NCBI RefSeq assembly: GCF_001677475.2
Contig: NZ_CP015229.1
Length of the DNA: 64,000 nucleotides
Direction: 5' to 3' (one strand)
From: Escherichia coli
GTDB taxonomy: Bacteria; Pseudomonadota; Gammaproteobacteria; Enterobacterales; Enterobacteriaceae
Shown here: positions 50,447-62,852 of the stretch, in pieces
Layout: the number at the start of each line of letters is the position of its first letter
Position numbering within the stretch: position 1 is the stretch's first letter
Position numbers and translations under genes: made by a program
The notes under the pieces: generated by a model
Told to the model about the DNA's origin: nothing
What the model saw: only the letters and a program-made list of their open reading frames with translations
The model's database searches: none

Positions 50447-51345
50447 TTACGCTCATTCTTTCTGCACCAGTAACAGAAATGGCTGAAGCATTTAAGCGGG
50501 TATTCGCAAATGCAGATAATGTGAATATTGTCGGAAAGCCATTTGAAACAATCAGGGAATTTGACTGCATGGTAAGTGCGGCAAACAGTTTCGGCCTGAT
50601 GGATGGCGGTGTTGATGCCGCCATTACCGCATTCTTCGGTACTCAGTTACAGTCCCGCGTTCAGAATCATATTCTTCGTGAATATCTCGGCGAGCAGCCT
50701 GTAGGTTCTGCATTTGTTATTGAAACGGGGCATAATCATCATCCCTGGCTGGTACATGCGCCAACAATGCGTGTTCCGCTGACAATTGACGGAACAGACG
50801 CTGTATATAACGCAACCTGGGCCGCTCTGCTTGCCATCTTTCAGCACAATAAACACGCAACGACAGACAGGAAAATAAAAACGGTGGTATTCCCTGCAAT
50901 GGGAGCCGGATGTGGTCAGGTGCCGTTTGAAAGTGTTGCCCGGCAGATGAAGCAGGCATGGGATAACTTTAATAAAAAAACAGAATCAATTAACTGGGAA
51001 TACGCACAATCCCGCCAGTCGGCAGTATTTGGCACATATGCATACTGTCCGGGTAATTCTGTTTGCCGTTATGCGGATACTAAATATATTGGATGCGGCG
51101 ATTATCGGACGTATTGCTCACGTTCCGGGCAGGTCTGTATTAACCCTGAACATCAGGCTGATGATGTACTGATACAACATCAGGCTAATAACCGGTTTCG
51201 CCCTGGTTCGCATATACACCGGATTAATCCAGAAAATCCCGTAGGTAATGTCATCTCTGGCGCACATAGCCACGGAAGTAGCATCGTTATTGGTGCTCAC
51301 ACCCATACGCTCAATAAACAATATTCTGTCTCTGATATTAAGTAG
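50443..51345 (+). CDS. Macro-domain (ADP-ribose binding/hydrolase-like) protein with tail-fibre-like His-repeat C-terminus, inserted between stf and tfa
   Basis: ATGA overlap with stf stop; macro motifs [18 protein letters not shown] and [14 protein letters not shown]; C-terminal [18 protein letters not shown] echoes the Stf C-terminus; stop 8 nt before tfa ATG. Confidence 0.6.
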   Translation: MITLILSAPVTEMAEAFKRVFANADNVNIVGKPFETIREFDCMVSAANSFGLMDGGVDAAITAFFGTQLQSRVQNHILREYLGEQPVGSAFVIETGHNHHPWLVHAPTMRVPLTIDGTDAVYNATWAALLAIFQHNKHATTDRKIKTVVFPAMGAGCGQVPFESVARQMKQAWDNFNKKTESINWEYAQSRQSAVFGTYAYCPGNSVCRYADTKYIGCGDYRTYCSRSGQVCINPEHQADDVLIQHQANNRFRPGSHIHRINPENPVGNVISGAHSHGSSIVIGAHTHTLNKQYSVSDIK

Positions 51346-51353
51346 AGGTGAAC

Positions 51354-51929
51354 ATGGATTTCAGAATGAGTGAACAACCACGGACCATAACAATTTATAA
51401 TCTGCTGGCCGGAACTAATGAATTTATTGGTGAAGGTGATGCATATATTCCGCCTCATACAGGTCTGCCAGCAAACAGTACCGATATTGCACCGCCAGAT
51501 ATTCCGGCTGGCTTTGTGGCTGTTTTCAACAGTGATGAGGCATCGTGGCATCTCGTTGAAGACCATCGGGGTAAAACCGTCTATGACGTGGCTTCCGGCG
51601 ACGCGTTATTTATTTCTGAACTTGGCCCATTACCGGAAAATGTCACTTGGTTATCCCCGGAAGGGGAGTTTCAGAAGTGGAACGGCACAGCCTGGGTGAA
51701 GGATACGGAAGCAGAAAAACTGTTCCGGATCCGGGAGGCGGAAGAAACAAAAAACAACCTGATGCAGGTAGCCAGTGAGCATATTGCGCCGCTTCAGGAT
51801 GCTGCAGATCTGGAAATTGCAACGGAGGAAGAAATCTCGTTGCTGGAAGCATGGAAAAAGTATCGGGTATTGCTGAACCGTGTTGATACGTCAACTGCAC
51901 AGGATATTGAATGGCCAGCACTGCCGTAG
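51354..51929 (+). CDS. tfa: Tail fibre assembly protein Tfa
   Basis: [41 protein letters not shown]... matches recalled lambda Tfa; SD GAGGTG upstream. Confidence 0.9.
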   Translation: MDFRMSEQPRTITIYNLLAGTNEFIGEGDAYIPPHTGLPANSTDIAPPDIPAGFVAVFNSDEASWHLVEDHRGKTVYDVASGDALFISELGPLPENVTWLSPEGEFQKWNGTAWVKDTEAEKLFRIREAEETKNNLMQVASEHIAPLQDAADLEIATEEEISLLEAWKKYRVLLNRVDTSTAQDIEWPALP

Positions 51930-52026
51930 GGTAAAACATATAAATTCTATAATTAGATGTATCTTTCCATTTACGGCAAGGAAGGGGGCTTGGAAGACGT
52001 AAAGCATCTCACACCGAGATTATTTT

Positions 52027-52617
52027 TTATATGTCAGGTGTCTGAAGTTTTGCTTTGGCTCTTAAAATGGTTTGCCGCGAGGTTTTGAATTCCCGGGCAA
52101 TGGCACTTATACTTACACCTGACTTAATTCGTTCGAATACCACCTGTTTCTGTTCTTCATTTAACACAGGTGGTCGACCAAAACGTTTCCCTGCGCCCCG
52201 GGCTCTTACTATCCCGGAATGAGTGCGTTCAAGTAAAAGGTCTCGTTCAAATTCAGCGACTGCTGAAATTACTTGCATCATCATTTTTCCTGTTGGACTG
52301 GTCAGGTCAATGCCCCCCAATGCTAAGCAATGCACTCTGATACCTGTTTCGGTCAGTTGTTCCACTGTTTTCCTGATATCCATTGCATTACAACCAAGGC
52401 GATCCAGTTTTGTCACAATCAATTGATCACCACATTTCAGGCGAGCAAGCAACCGGTTAAAACCAGGACGCTCACTGGTTGCTGCTGAGCCGCTAATGTG
52501 TTCTTCGATTATTTGCTGAGGTTTGATTTTAAAACCTGCACTTTCGATTTCCCGGCGTTGATTTTCGGGGGTCTGATCCAGCGTTGATATCCGACAGTAA
52601 GCAAAAATTCGAGACAT
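52027..52617 (-). CDS. pin: Serine recombinase / DNA invertase (Pin/Hin/Gin family)
   Basis: 196-aa [18 protein letters not shown]... with catalytic Ser motif and C-terminal HTH; adjacent to tfa as in e14/Rac/Qin. Confidence 0.88.
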   Translation of the reverse strand: MSRIFAYCRISTLDQTPENQRREIESAGFKIKPQQIIEEHISGSAATSERPGFNRLLARLKCGDQLIVTKLDRLGCNAMDIRKTVEQLTETGIRVHCLALGGIDLTSPTGKMMMQVISAVAEFERDLLLERTHSGIVRARGAGKRFGRPPVLNEEQKQVVFERIKSGVSISAIAREFKTSRQTILRAKAKLQTPDI

Positions 52618-52996
52618 AGTGAGACTCTATACGAAATTGGTGTACATATCATAATGCATATCCAAAAATTATTTCGCTTATTATTGTACATATTTGTATG
52701 TATACGTTCGAAAATAAACGAATTCGGATGCAGTCCCGTAATTTTGGTGTAACCAAAAATCGATTTTTTGAAAAATGGCTTTAACTCGGTTTGTTTTTCG
52801 AACTCCGGGCGGACTCGAGGAAGACGAATAATAGTGTTGTATGTTATTTTAACCAGATTTTAAGTTGTTTGGTCGTGGAAAAGTGGAGCAAAATGTTGTT
52901 AAAGTGGAAAAATGGTAAAAAAAGTAGGTTGTTGCGGAATAACGTAGTTGTTGATATTTTTTTAATGCATTGAAAAATTATTTTTCAGGGGGGGTA

Positions 52997-53230
52997 TTAC
53001 ACTTTACCATTTAAATTTTGGTTGTCTTTAAGAACTGATATCGCTGTTTGTAATAATTCTTTGTTATCCAGCCATGACTTTTTCTTTATGTTTCCTTCAA
53101 TGTAATCAAGCAATGTTCTGGTATTGATAGGTCTTCCCTGTTTTGCTACTTCCACGACAGCATCTCCCAGGATAATTCTGACTTCAGGAAGCTGCGCAGG
53201 GAACCACTTTAGGGTGTCTTTTGATTTCAT
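52997..53230 (-). CDS. YdfK/YnaE-like cold-shock-induced prophage protein
   Basis: MKSKDTLKWFPAQLPEVRIILGDAVVEVAKQGRPINTRTLLDYIEGNIKK...; matches recalled YdfK; start trimmed to internal Met. Confidence 0.75.
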   Translation of the reverse strand: MKSKDTLKWFPAQLPEVRIILGDAVVEVAKQGRPINTRTLLDYIEGNIKKKSWLDNKELLQTAISVLKDNQNLNGKV

Positions 53231-53298
53231 GAAGATATTCCTTAAAATATTATTGGTTTTCATTGCAATATTGTATGTCTGATTCAGGATATGTTGAC

Positions 53299-53412
53299 TT
53301 ATACATCGGTTTTGTCCGGGTTATTGGATATGCCAATCCCTAATTTTATTAGAGCATGACCAAAAATGCTGAATATGATAAGTAGTGAAGTGATTATCAG
53401 TATGCTGTTCAT
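53299..53412 (-). CDS. Hypothetical 37-aa hydrophobic membrane peptide (type I toxin-like)
   Basis: Hand-translated [37 protein letters not shown]; SD GAGG 4 nt upstream; TTGTCA/TATATA promoter-like elements upstream. Confidence 0.3.
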   Translation of the reverse strand: MNSILIITSLLIIFSIFGHALIKLGIGISNNPDKTDV

Positions 53413-53838
53413 ATAGCCTCGAATTAGTATGGTGTTATATATAATATAGTTGACAATTTTTATCCTGGGTGTTCTTAAAGTTCGTAGATGAACCCTGTAG
53501 TTTCAGGTATACAGGAATGCTTACAGATAGCGGCAAAAGTCAGGAGGTTAATGGCGCAAACTGAAGGGGTAGCTGCGAACTAACTTAGGTAGAGACTCTA
53601 CACGGATTCGGTTTAAAAGTATACATAGATAACAATTTTTATCTGAAGAAGAAAAATATTAAGGTGATATGGTCATATATACTTTAATGCGGAAGAATGA
53701 ATGTGATGAGAGTGCTGTATCTGAATGGTTGAAAAACCGCAGACACGTCGTATGCAAGAACGTGCTGCGGTTGGCTGGTGAACTTCCGATAGTGCGAGTA
53801 TTGAATGATTTCCAGCCGTTACCGATTTTACGTGTTAA

Positions 53839-54087
53839 TTAGTGAACAAACCACTCGTCAGCAGACTCCCAGGTATCTTTCAGAGTTTCCTGAACAAAAG
53901 TTTTAGCTGAATCTTTATCGGCGGTGCGCGTAACAGAAAGGCCATCGTTGCTGGTGGCTTTTACGATCACCTCTACATCGTCATAACGCTTACTGATGCG
54001 TCGAGTTAATTCTTCCTTTAACGCATCCACAGCACCGTTTGGCATTTTAGTCATTTTCTCTTTGGCTATGCAGATCTCAATACGCAT
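53839..54087 (-). CDS. dinI: DinI-family damage-inducible protein
   Basis: 82-aa [13 protein letters not shown]...[11 protein letters not shown] matching the DinI family; two LexA boxes upstream. Confidence 0.85.
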   Translation of the reverse strand: MRIEICIAKEKMTKMPNGAVDALKEELTRRISKRYDDVEVIVKATSNDGLSVTRTADKDSAKTFVQETLKDTWESADEWFVH

Positions 54088-54102
54088 AAAAATCCCTCTA
54101 CA

Positions 54103-54146
54103 CTGTGTTTGTATACAGTGTTATTTTTAACTGTATGAATAAACAG
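54103..54146. promoter_or_regulatory. Two tandem LexA boxes (CTGT-N8-ACAG) in the dinI-like promoter
   Basis: CACTGTGTTTGTATACAGTG at 54101..54120 and AACTGTATGAATAAACAGTG at 54129..54148. Confidence 0.75.
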
Positions 54147-54171
54147 TGTCAATAGAACAAAGATTGCTGCA

Positions 54172-54286
54172 TGTACAAATGTTCTTTGGCTACAAATACA
54201 CCTACTGATCATGTTCTGCTATGCTCTGATACCTCCAAAATGTACAATCAGCGGCATGAATTTTTCTTTGTACATATGATTGTACA
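54172..54286. promoter_or_regulatory. TGTACA-containing repeats near attR (ATGTACAAA, TTGTACATA x2); candidate arm-type sites overlapping the phage-borne prfC promoter region
   Basis: Same 9-mers as at 3362..3418 near attL. Confidence 0.4.
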
Positions 54287-54306
54287 TAATCAAAGAGACA
54301 ACAATT

Positions 54307-55893
54307 ATGACAAGCCTTTTGGCCGCAGAGGTAGCGAAAAGAAGAACCTTTGCAATTATTTCTCACCCGGACGCCGGTAAAACAACCATCACCGAGAAGG
54401 TGCTGCTGTTCGGACAGGCCATTCAGACCGCCGGTACAGTAAAAGGCCGTGGCTCTAACCAGCACGCTAAGTCGGACTGGATGGAGATGGAAAAGCAGCG
54501 TGGGATCTCCATTACCACGTCTGTGATGCAGTTTCCGTATCACGACTGCCTGGTTAACCTGCTCGACACCCCGGGGCACGAAGACTTCTCGGAAGATACC
54601 TATCGTACTCTGACGGCGGTGGACTGCTGCCTGATGGTTATCGACGCTGCAAAAGGTGTTGAAGATCGTACCCGCAAGCTGATGGAAGTTACCCGTCTGC
54701 GCGACACGCCGATCCTCACCTTTATGAACAAACTTGACCGTGATATCCGCGACCCGATGGAGCTGCTCGATGAAGTTGAGAACGAGCTGAAAATCGGCTG
54801 TGCACCGATCACCTGGCCGATTGGCTGCGGCAAGCTGTTTAAAGGCGTTTACCACCTTTATAAAGATGAAACCTATCTTTATCAGAGCGGTAAAGGCCAC
54901 ACCATTCAGGAAGTCCGCATTGTTAAAGGGCTGAATAACCCGGATCTCGATGCTGCGGTTGGTGAAGATCTGGCGCAGCAGCTGCGTGACGAACTGGAAC
55001 TGGTGAAAGGCGCGTCTAACGAGTTCGACAAAGAGCTGTTCCTTGCGGGCGAAATCACTCCGGTATTCTTCGGTACTGCGCTGGGTAACTTCGGCGTTGA
55101 TCATATGCTGGATGGCCTGGTGGAGTGGGCCCCTGCGCCGATGCCGCGTCAGACTGATACCCGTACCGTAGAGGCGAGCGAAGACAAATTTACCGGCTTC
55201 GTATTTAAAATTCAGGCCAACATGGACCCGAAACACCGCGACCGCGTGGCGTTTATGCGTGTGGTGTCCGGTAAATATGAAAAAGGCATGAAGCTGCGCC
55301 AGGTGCGTACTGCGAAAGATGTGGTGATCTCCGACGCGCTGACCTTTATGGCGGGTGACCGTTCGCACGTTGAAGAAGCGTATCCTGGCGATATCCTCGG
55401 CCTGCACAACCACGGCACCATTCAGATCGGCGACACCTTTACCCAGGGTGAGATGATGAAGTTCACCGGTATTCCGAACTTCGCGCCAGAACTGTTCCGT
55501 CGTATCCGCCTGAAAGATCCGCTGAAGCAAAAACAGCTGCTTAAAGGGCTGGTACAGCTTTCCGAAGAGGGCGCGGTGCAGGTGTTCCGTCCGATCTCCA
55601 ACAACGATCTGATCGTTGGTGCGGTTGGTGTGCTGCAGTTTGATGTGGTGGTAGCGCGTCTGAAGAGCGAATACAACGTTGAAGCAGTGTATGAGTCAGT
55701 CAACGTTGCCACTGCCCGCTGGGTAGAATGTGCGGACGCGAAGAAATTCGAAGAGTTCAAGCGTAAGAACGAAAGCCAACTGGCGCTTGATGGCGGCGAT
55801 AACCTCGCTTACATCGCTACCAGCATGGTCAATCTGCGCCTGGCGCAGGAACGTTATCCGGACGTTCAGTTCCACCAGACCCGCGAGCATTAA
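54307..55893 (+). CDS. prfC: Peptide chain release factor 3 (RF3), reconstituted with a phage-derived 5' end
   Basis: [27 protein letters not shown]... with GTPase motifs; first ~16 codons come from the prophage side of attR. Confidence 0.92.
54355..54368. other. attR core (ATTATTTCTCACCC) within prfC codons 17-21
   Basis: Exact copy of the 14-bp sequence at 3184..3197. Confidence 0.75.
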
Positions 55894-56285
55894 TTCTTGC
55901 CTCCAGGGCGCGGTAGCCGCTGCGCCCTGTCAATTTCCCTTCCTTATTAGCCGCTTACGGAATGTTCTTAAAACATTCACTTTTGCTTATGTTTTCGCTG
56001 ATATCCCGAGCGGTTTCAAAATTGTGATCTATATTTAACAAAGTAATGACATTTCTGACGGCGTTAAATACCGTTCAATGCGTAGATATCAGTATCTAAA
56101 GCCGTCGATTGTCATTCTACCGATATTAATAACTGATTCAGAGGCTGTAATGGTCGTTATTCATCACCCATCGCTTTTGTGATGGCGACCATTGACTTCT
56201 GTAGAGGGTGAAGTCTCTCCCTATTCAGCAATGCAACCTCGTGTTGCCAGGCTCAAATTACGAGCAAACATACAGGAATAAATCG

Positions 56286-56891
56286 ATGACTATGACAAGA
56301 CTGAAGATTTCGAAAACTCTGCTGGCTGTAATGTTGACCTCTGCCGTCGCGACCGGCTCTGCCTACGCGGAAAACAACGCACAGACTACCAATGAAAGCG
56401 CAGGGCAAAAAGTCGATAGCTCTATGAATAAAGTCGGTAATTTCATGGATGACAGCGCCATCACCGCGAAAGTGAAGGCGGCGCTGGTGGATCATGACAA
56501 CATCAAGAGCACCGATATCTCTGTCAAAACCGATCAAAAAGTCGTGACCCTGAGCGGTTTCGTTGAAAGCCAGGCTCAGGCCGAAGAGGCAGTGAAAGTG
56601 GCGAAAGGCGTTGAAGGGGTGACCTCTGTCAGCGACAAACTGCACGTTCGCGACGCTAAAGAAGGCTCTGTGAAGGGCTACGCGGGTGACACCGCCACCA
56701 CCAGTGAAATCAAAGCCAAACTGCTGGCGGACGATATCGTCCCTTCCCGTCATGTGAAAGTTGAAACCACCGACGGCGTGGTTCAGCTCTCCGGTACCGT
56801 CGATTCCCAGGCACAGAGCGACCGTGCTGAAAGTATCGCCAAAGCGGTAGATGGTGTGAAAAGCGTTAAAAATGATCTGAAAACTAAGTAA
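56286..56891 (+). CDS. osmY: Periplasmic osmotically inducible protein OsmY (two BON domains)
   Basis: [28 protein letters not shown] signal peptide then BON repeats; track start 56208 is upstream of the recognised start. Confidence 0.9.
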
Positions 56892-57017
56892 TTCGTCGTA
56901 ATTCGTCCTCCCGAACTTTGTCGGGAGGCGCGATGTGCACCACACTAAAAATATCGCATTGAGTGATTTTCACGCTCATATCAAGCGGTGACATTAACTA
57001 TGGTAAAGGAGACGCTT

Positions 57018-57179
57018 ATGTTTCGTTGGGGCATCATATTTCTGGTTATCGCGTTAATCGCCGCCGCACTTGGGTTTGGTGGTCTGGCCGGTACCGCTGC
57101 AGGCGCAGCTAAAATTGTCTTTGTCGTCGGGATTATTCTGTTCCTGGTGAGTTTGTTCATGGGCCGAAAACGACCCTAG
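57018..57179 (+). CDS. ytjA: Small membrane protein YtjA (DUF1328)
   Basis: 53 aa [22 protein letters not shown]... with SD AAGGAG. Confidence 0.8.
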
Positions 57180-57210
57180 ATTTCAGACCATTAAGAAAAT
57201 TTTATCCAAA

Positions 57211-57240
57211 GCCAGTCCAGCGGACTGGCTTTTGCGGTTT
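57211..57240 (+). terminator. Rho-independent terminator after ytjA
   Basis: GCCAGTCC-AGCG-GACTGGC followed by TTTTGCGGTTTT. Confidence 0.7.
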
Positions 57241-57300
57241 TAGCGAATAATAAATTGCGTTACTTTGTCATTCTTTCACAACAAAAACAGGAAGGCAGAG

Positions 57301-58370
57301 GTGGGGCAGCGAATACCTGTAACGCTTGGTAATATTGCGCCGTTGTCGCTAAGGCCGTTCCAGCCTGGACGAATAGCTCTGGTGTGCGAAGGCGGCGGAC
57401 AGCGTGGAATTTTCACGGCTGGCGTGCTGGATGAGTTTATGCGCGCGCAGTTTAATCCTTTCGATCTTTATCTCGGCACATCTGCCGGGGCGCAGAACCT
57501 CTCGGCGTATATCTGCAATCAGCCCGGTTACGCGCGCAAAGTCATCATGCGCTATACCACAAAACGCGAATTTTTCGATCCATTGCGCTTTGTCCGTGGA
57601 GGAAATCTTATCGATCTCGACTGGCTGGTGGAGGCCACCGCAAGCCAGATGCCGTTGCAAATGGATACCGCAGCGCGGTTATTTGACAGCGGCAAATCGT
57701 TTTATATGTGCGCCTGTCGTCAGGATGACTATGCGCCGAATTACTTTTTGCCAACTAAACAAAACTGGCTGGATGTGATTCGCTCCTCCAGTGCGATACC
57801 TGGCTTTTATCGTAGCGGAGTGTCGCTGGAAGGTATTAACTACCTGGATGGTGGGATCAGTGATGCGATCCCGGTTAAAGAGGCGGCAAGGCAGGGCGCT
57901 AAAACGTTAGTCGTCATCCGCACTGTGCCGTCACAAATGTACTACACGCCGCAGTGGTTCAAACGCATGGAACGCTGGCTGGGTGACAGTAGCCTGCAGC
58001 CGCTGGTCAATCTGGTGCAGCATCATGAAACCAGCTATCGTGACATTCAGCAATTTATTGAGAAACCACCGGGCAAGCTGCGGATATTCGAAATTTATCC
58101 GCCGAAGCCATTACATAGTATCGCGCTTGGCAGTCGGATTCCGGCGCTGCGTGAAGACTATAAACTTGGGCGTTTATGCGGTCGTTATTTCCTCGCCACG
58201 GTCGGTAAATTATTGACTGAAAAAGCGCCGCTTACCCGCCATCTGGTGCCAGTGGTGACGCCGGAATCGATCGTTATTCCGCCTGCGCCAGTCGCCAACG
58301 ATACGCTGGTTGCCGAAGTGAGCGATGCTCCGCAGGCGAACGACCCGACATTTAACAATGAGGATCTGGC

Positions 58371-58374
<4 letters not shown>
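57301..58374 (+). CDS. yjjU: Patatin-like phospholipase YjjU
   Basis: GxGxxG (CEGGGQRG) and GTSAG serine motif; GTG start with SD AGGAAGG preferred over the track start. Confidence 0.8.
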
Positions 58375-59350
<976 letters not shown>

Positions 59351-59352
59351 TG

Positions 59353-60216
59353 TTACAAATACAGCGCCGGGAATATTAAGCGGCTCACCCCGCGCACCTT
59401 TAATGCATCAGCCAACGGCTCAACGTCTTCCGGCGTGGCGCTCGCCCAGCTTTGCGCTTCGCCATACACGCCGTGGGCATGAAACGCGTTCAGGCGTACC
59501 GGAACATCGCCGACTCCCTTGATAAACGCCGCCAGTTCTTCGATGTGTTGCAAATAATCCACCTGGCCAGGGATTACCAGCAAACGCAGTTCCGCCAGCT
59601 TACCGCGCTCTGCCAGCAAACAGATGCTGCGCTTAATCTGCTGATTATCGCGTCCGGTTAATTGCTGATGACATTCGCTCCCCCACGCTTTGAGATCGAG
59701 CATTGCGCCGTCGCACACCGGAAGCAATTTTTCCCAGCCGGTTTCGCTCAACATGCCATTACTGTCCACCAGACAGGTGAGGTGGCGCAGTTGCGGATCA
59801 TTTTTGATAGCAGTAAACAGCGCCACCACAAACGGTAGCTGGGTCGTGGCTTCGCCGCCGCTTACCGTTATCCCTTCGATAAACAGCACTGCTTTGCGGA
59901 TATGGCTAAGCACCTCATCCACGCTCATGGACTGCGCCATTGGCGTGGCATGTTGCGGACACATCTTCAGGCAGGTATCACATTGCTCGCAGACCACAGC
60001 GTTCCACACCACTTTGCCGTCAACAATCTGCAACGCCTGATGCGGACACTGTGGCACGCACTCCCCACAGTCATTGCAGCGTCCCATCGTCCACGGATTG
60101 TGACAGTTTTTACAGCGCAGATTGCAGCCCTGCAAAAACAGAGCCAGACGACTGCCTGGCCCGTCAACGCAGGAGAAGGGGATAATCTTACTGACTAAAG
60201 CGCATCTGCTGTTCAT
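59353..60216 (-). CDS. yjjW: Glycyl-radical enzyme activating protein YjjW (radical SAM)
   Basis: CxxxCxxC radical-SAM and ferredoxin-like Cys clusters. Confidence 0.85.
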   Translation of the reverse strand: MNSRCALVSKIIPFSCVDGPGSRLALFLQGCNLRCKNCHNPWTMGRCNDCGECVPQCPHQALQIVDGKVVWNAVVCEQCDTCLKMCPQHATPMAQSMSVDEVLSHIRKAVLFIEGITVSGGEATTQLPFVVALFTAIKNDPQLRHLTCLVDSNGMLSETGWEKLLPVCDGAMLDLKAWGSECHQQLTGRDNQQIKRSICLLAERGKLAELRLLVIPGQVDYLQHIEELAAFIKGVGDVPVRLNAFHAHGVYGEAQSWASATPEDVEPLADALKVRGVSRLIFPALYL

Positions 60217-61738
60217 GGCTTATCACGCGCGGCTGGCGTTCCAGAATACGAGTGTTGCGTGCTGCTTCTTCGCCTAGCCAGGTGGTGTTGGTGCGTGAAC
60301 CTTCGGCGCGATATTTTTCTAAATCCGACAAACGCACCATATAACCGGTAACGCGAACCAGATCGTTACCGCTGACATTGGCGGTAAATTCACGCATTCC
60401 GGCTTTAAAGGCTCCGAGGCAAAGCTGTACCAGCGCCTGCGGATTACGTTTGATGGTTTCGTCGAGCGTCAGAATATCGCTGATACCGGAATAATAATAA
60501 GCATGATGCGGGGCGACAGTTTGCAGATGGGTGATCGGATCTGGCTCATCGCCATACGGCAAACGCGCGCCCGGCGTGGTGCCGATATCGGAACTGATCC
60601 CCGACTGTGCGTGTAACATGGCGCGTTTTTGCCAGCCATATTTCACGGGGGTATTGGCGACAAACTCCGCCAGTTGCGCGCTGATGCGATAACCCACTTC
60701 ATTTGCAGCAGCTTCTTTACCGTAACGTGCGACAATTCCTTCTTTCTCACACAGTAAGTTAACTGCTTCCGCCAGTCCGTACATGCCAAACATTGGCACA
60801 AAACGTTCAGGGTTAATCAGCCCTTCTTTCACCAGGAAGCTATTCTCAAAGAAGTGTGATTGTTGATAGAGGAATTCACACCGCGCATCGATGATGGCGA
60901 TCTGCTGCTGGCAGTAGTGCGGTAGAGTGCGCGTAAAGAAGTCTTCCAGCGATTCACTGCGCTCGGCAATGGCTTTCAGGTTAAGGCGTACCAGCGTGCT
61001 GCCACCACCCGCCAGCGGCAGTGAGTTGTAACAGCTCACAATCCCGTAGCCCCCTTTTGTGAAAATTTTATCATGCACCGGACCGTTGGCGATGTGCGGT
61101 TTGCTACATTCACAGATGTTTTTCGCCACTTCCAGCAGCAGGTCATCAGGGGTGATTTCAGGATCGTAGATAAAGGTCAGGTTCGGTGAAACCTGCTTCA
61201 ACTCTGCGTCTGCACGTAAAATCGCACGGGTAATGGGCGAATCAGATGGGCCGATATTGGCATGCATAAAGGCGTCTGGCAGGGTTCTGTCGAGGTAACG
61301 CCAGAAACGTTTTATTCGAATATCGATCTCGTCTTGTGTTAGAATTCTAACATACGGTTGCAACAACGCATCCAGTTGCCCCAGGTAGACCGGCATCGAT
61401 GTGACCGACGGTACGTGGTGGTAAAGAATGGTCAGCAGAGAGAGTGCGTCATCAAGATCTTTCGCGCCTTCCAGCTCCAGCCATTCGGAACCGTTCGCCA
61501 GAAAACGGGCGTAATCGGGTAAGACATAGCGCGGTTTGTACGGCGCATGACCTTCAAACATATCGCAGATTACACCCTCATCCAGCGCGCGGCGGGCTTC
61601 GGCAGGAAGCTGCGGATAAGGCAGATTGTTTTCTGCTTCCAGTGCCAGAAAATGGCGCTTCTGCTCCGGGCTAAGCACTGGGCTGGTGACAATTTGCTGG
61701 CAACGTTGTTGCAGTGCATTTTCATGAGAAGTGGGCAT
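60188..61738 (-). CDS. yjjI: YjjI, putative glycine-radical enzyme
   Basis: 516-aa ORF, K-12 synteny, overlaps yjjW start. Confidence 0.85.
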   Translation of the reverse strand: MPTSHENALQQRCQQIVTSPVLSPEQKRHFLALEAENNLPYPQLPAEARRALDEGVICDMFEGHAPYKPRYVLPDYARFLANGSEWLELEGAKDLDDALSLLTILYHHVPSVTSMPVYLGQLDALLQPYVRILTQDEIDIRIKRFWRYLDRTLPDAFMHANIGPSDSPITRAILRADAELKQVSPNLTFIYDPEITPDDLLLEVAKNICECSKPHIANGPVHDKIFTKGGYGIVSCYNSLPLAGGGSTLVRLNLKAIAERSESLEDFFTRTLPHYCQQQIAIIDARCEFLYQQSHFFENSFLVKEGLINPERFVPMFGMYGLAEAVNLLCEKEGIVARYGKEAAANEVGYRISAQLAEFVANTPVKYGWQKRAMLHAQSGISSDIGTTPGARLPYGDEPDPITHLQTVAPHHAYYYSGISDILTLDETIKRNPQALVQLCLGAFKAGMREFTANVSGNDLVRVTGYMVRLSDLEKYRAEGSRTNTTWLGEEAARNTRILERQPRVISHEQQMRFSQ

Positions 61739-61995
61739 CTTCTTTTCCTTTTATGCCGAAGGTGATGCGCCATTGTAAGAAGTTTCGTGATGTTCACTTT
61801 GATCCTGATGCGTTTGCCACCACTGACGCATTCATTTGAAAGTGAATTATTTGAACCAGATCGCATTACAGTGATGCAAACTTGTAAGTAGATTTCCTTA
61901 ATTGTGATGTATATCGAAGTGTGTTGCGGAGTAGATGTTAGAATACTAACAAACTCGCAAGGTGAATTTTATTGGCGACAAGCCAGGAGAATGAA

Positions 61996-62775
61996 ATGAC
62001 TGATCTGAAAGCAAGCAGCCTGCGTGCACTGAAATTGATGGACCTGACCACCCTGAATGACGACGACACCGACGAGAAAGTAATCGCTCTGTGTCATCAG
62101 GCCAAAACTCCGGTTGGCAATACCGCCGCTATCTGTATCTATCCTCGCTTTATCCCAATTGCTCGCAAAACGCTGAAAGAGCAGGGTACCCCGGAAATCC
62201 GTATCGCTACGGTAACCAACTTCCCACACGGTAACGACGACATCGAAATCGCGCTGGCAGAAACCCGTGCGGCAATCGCCTACGGTGCTGATGAAGTTGA
62301 CGTTGTGTTCCCGTACCGCGCGCTGATGGCGGGTAACGAGCAGGTTGGTTTTGACCTGGTGAAAGCCTGTAAAGAGGCTTGCGCGGCAGCGAATGTACTG
62401 CTGAAAGTGATCATCGAAACCGGCGAACTAAAAGACGAAGCGCTGATCCGTAAAGCGTCTGAAATCTCCATCAAAGCGGGTGCTGACTTCATCAAAACCT
62501 CTACCGGTAAAGTGGCAGTGAACGCGACGCCGGAAAGCGCACGCATCATGATGGAAGTGATCCGTGATATGGGCGTAGAAAAAACCGTTGGTTTCAAACC
62601 GGCGGGCGGCGTGCGTACTGCGGAAGATGCGCAGAAATATCTCGCCATCGCAGATGAACTGTTCGGTGCTGACTGGGCCGATGCGCGTCACTACCGCTTT
62701 GGCGCTTCCAGCCTGCTGGCAAGCCTGCTGAAGGCTCTGGGCCACGGCGACGGTAAGAGCGCCAGCAGCTACTAA
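61996..62775 (+). CDS. deoC: Deoxyribose-phosphate aldolase
   Basis: [29 protein letters not shown]... with SD AGGAGAATGAA; track start is 8 codons upstream. Confidence 0.92.
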
Positions 62776-62852
62776 GGCTTGATTTGCCGGATGACGCAGC
62801 GATGCTCATCCGGTTCCCCGATTACCTCGTCTCTTTTCCACGGGAGGTTACC

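Noticed and set aside
50443-52026. An invertible alternative tail-fibre cassette between stf and pin
   Set aside because: Both ORFs there are on the plus strand and no inverted tfa/stf copy or crossover-site pair was found.
54202-55530. 442-aa minus-strand ORF antisense to prfC
   Set aside because: Overlaps the well-supported RF3 gene (GTPase motifs) on the plus strand.
56253-56945. 230-aa minus-strand ORF antisense to osmY
   Set aside because: osmY on the plus strand has a clear signal peptide and BON domains.
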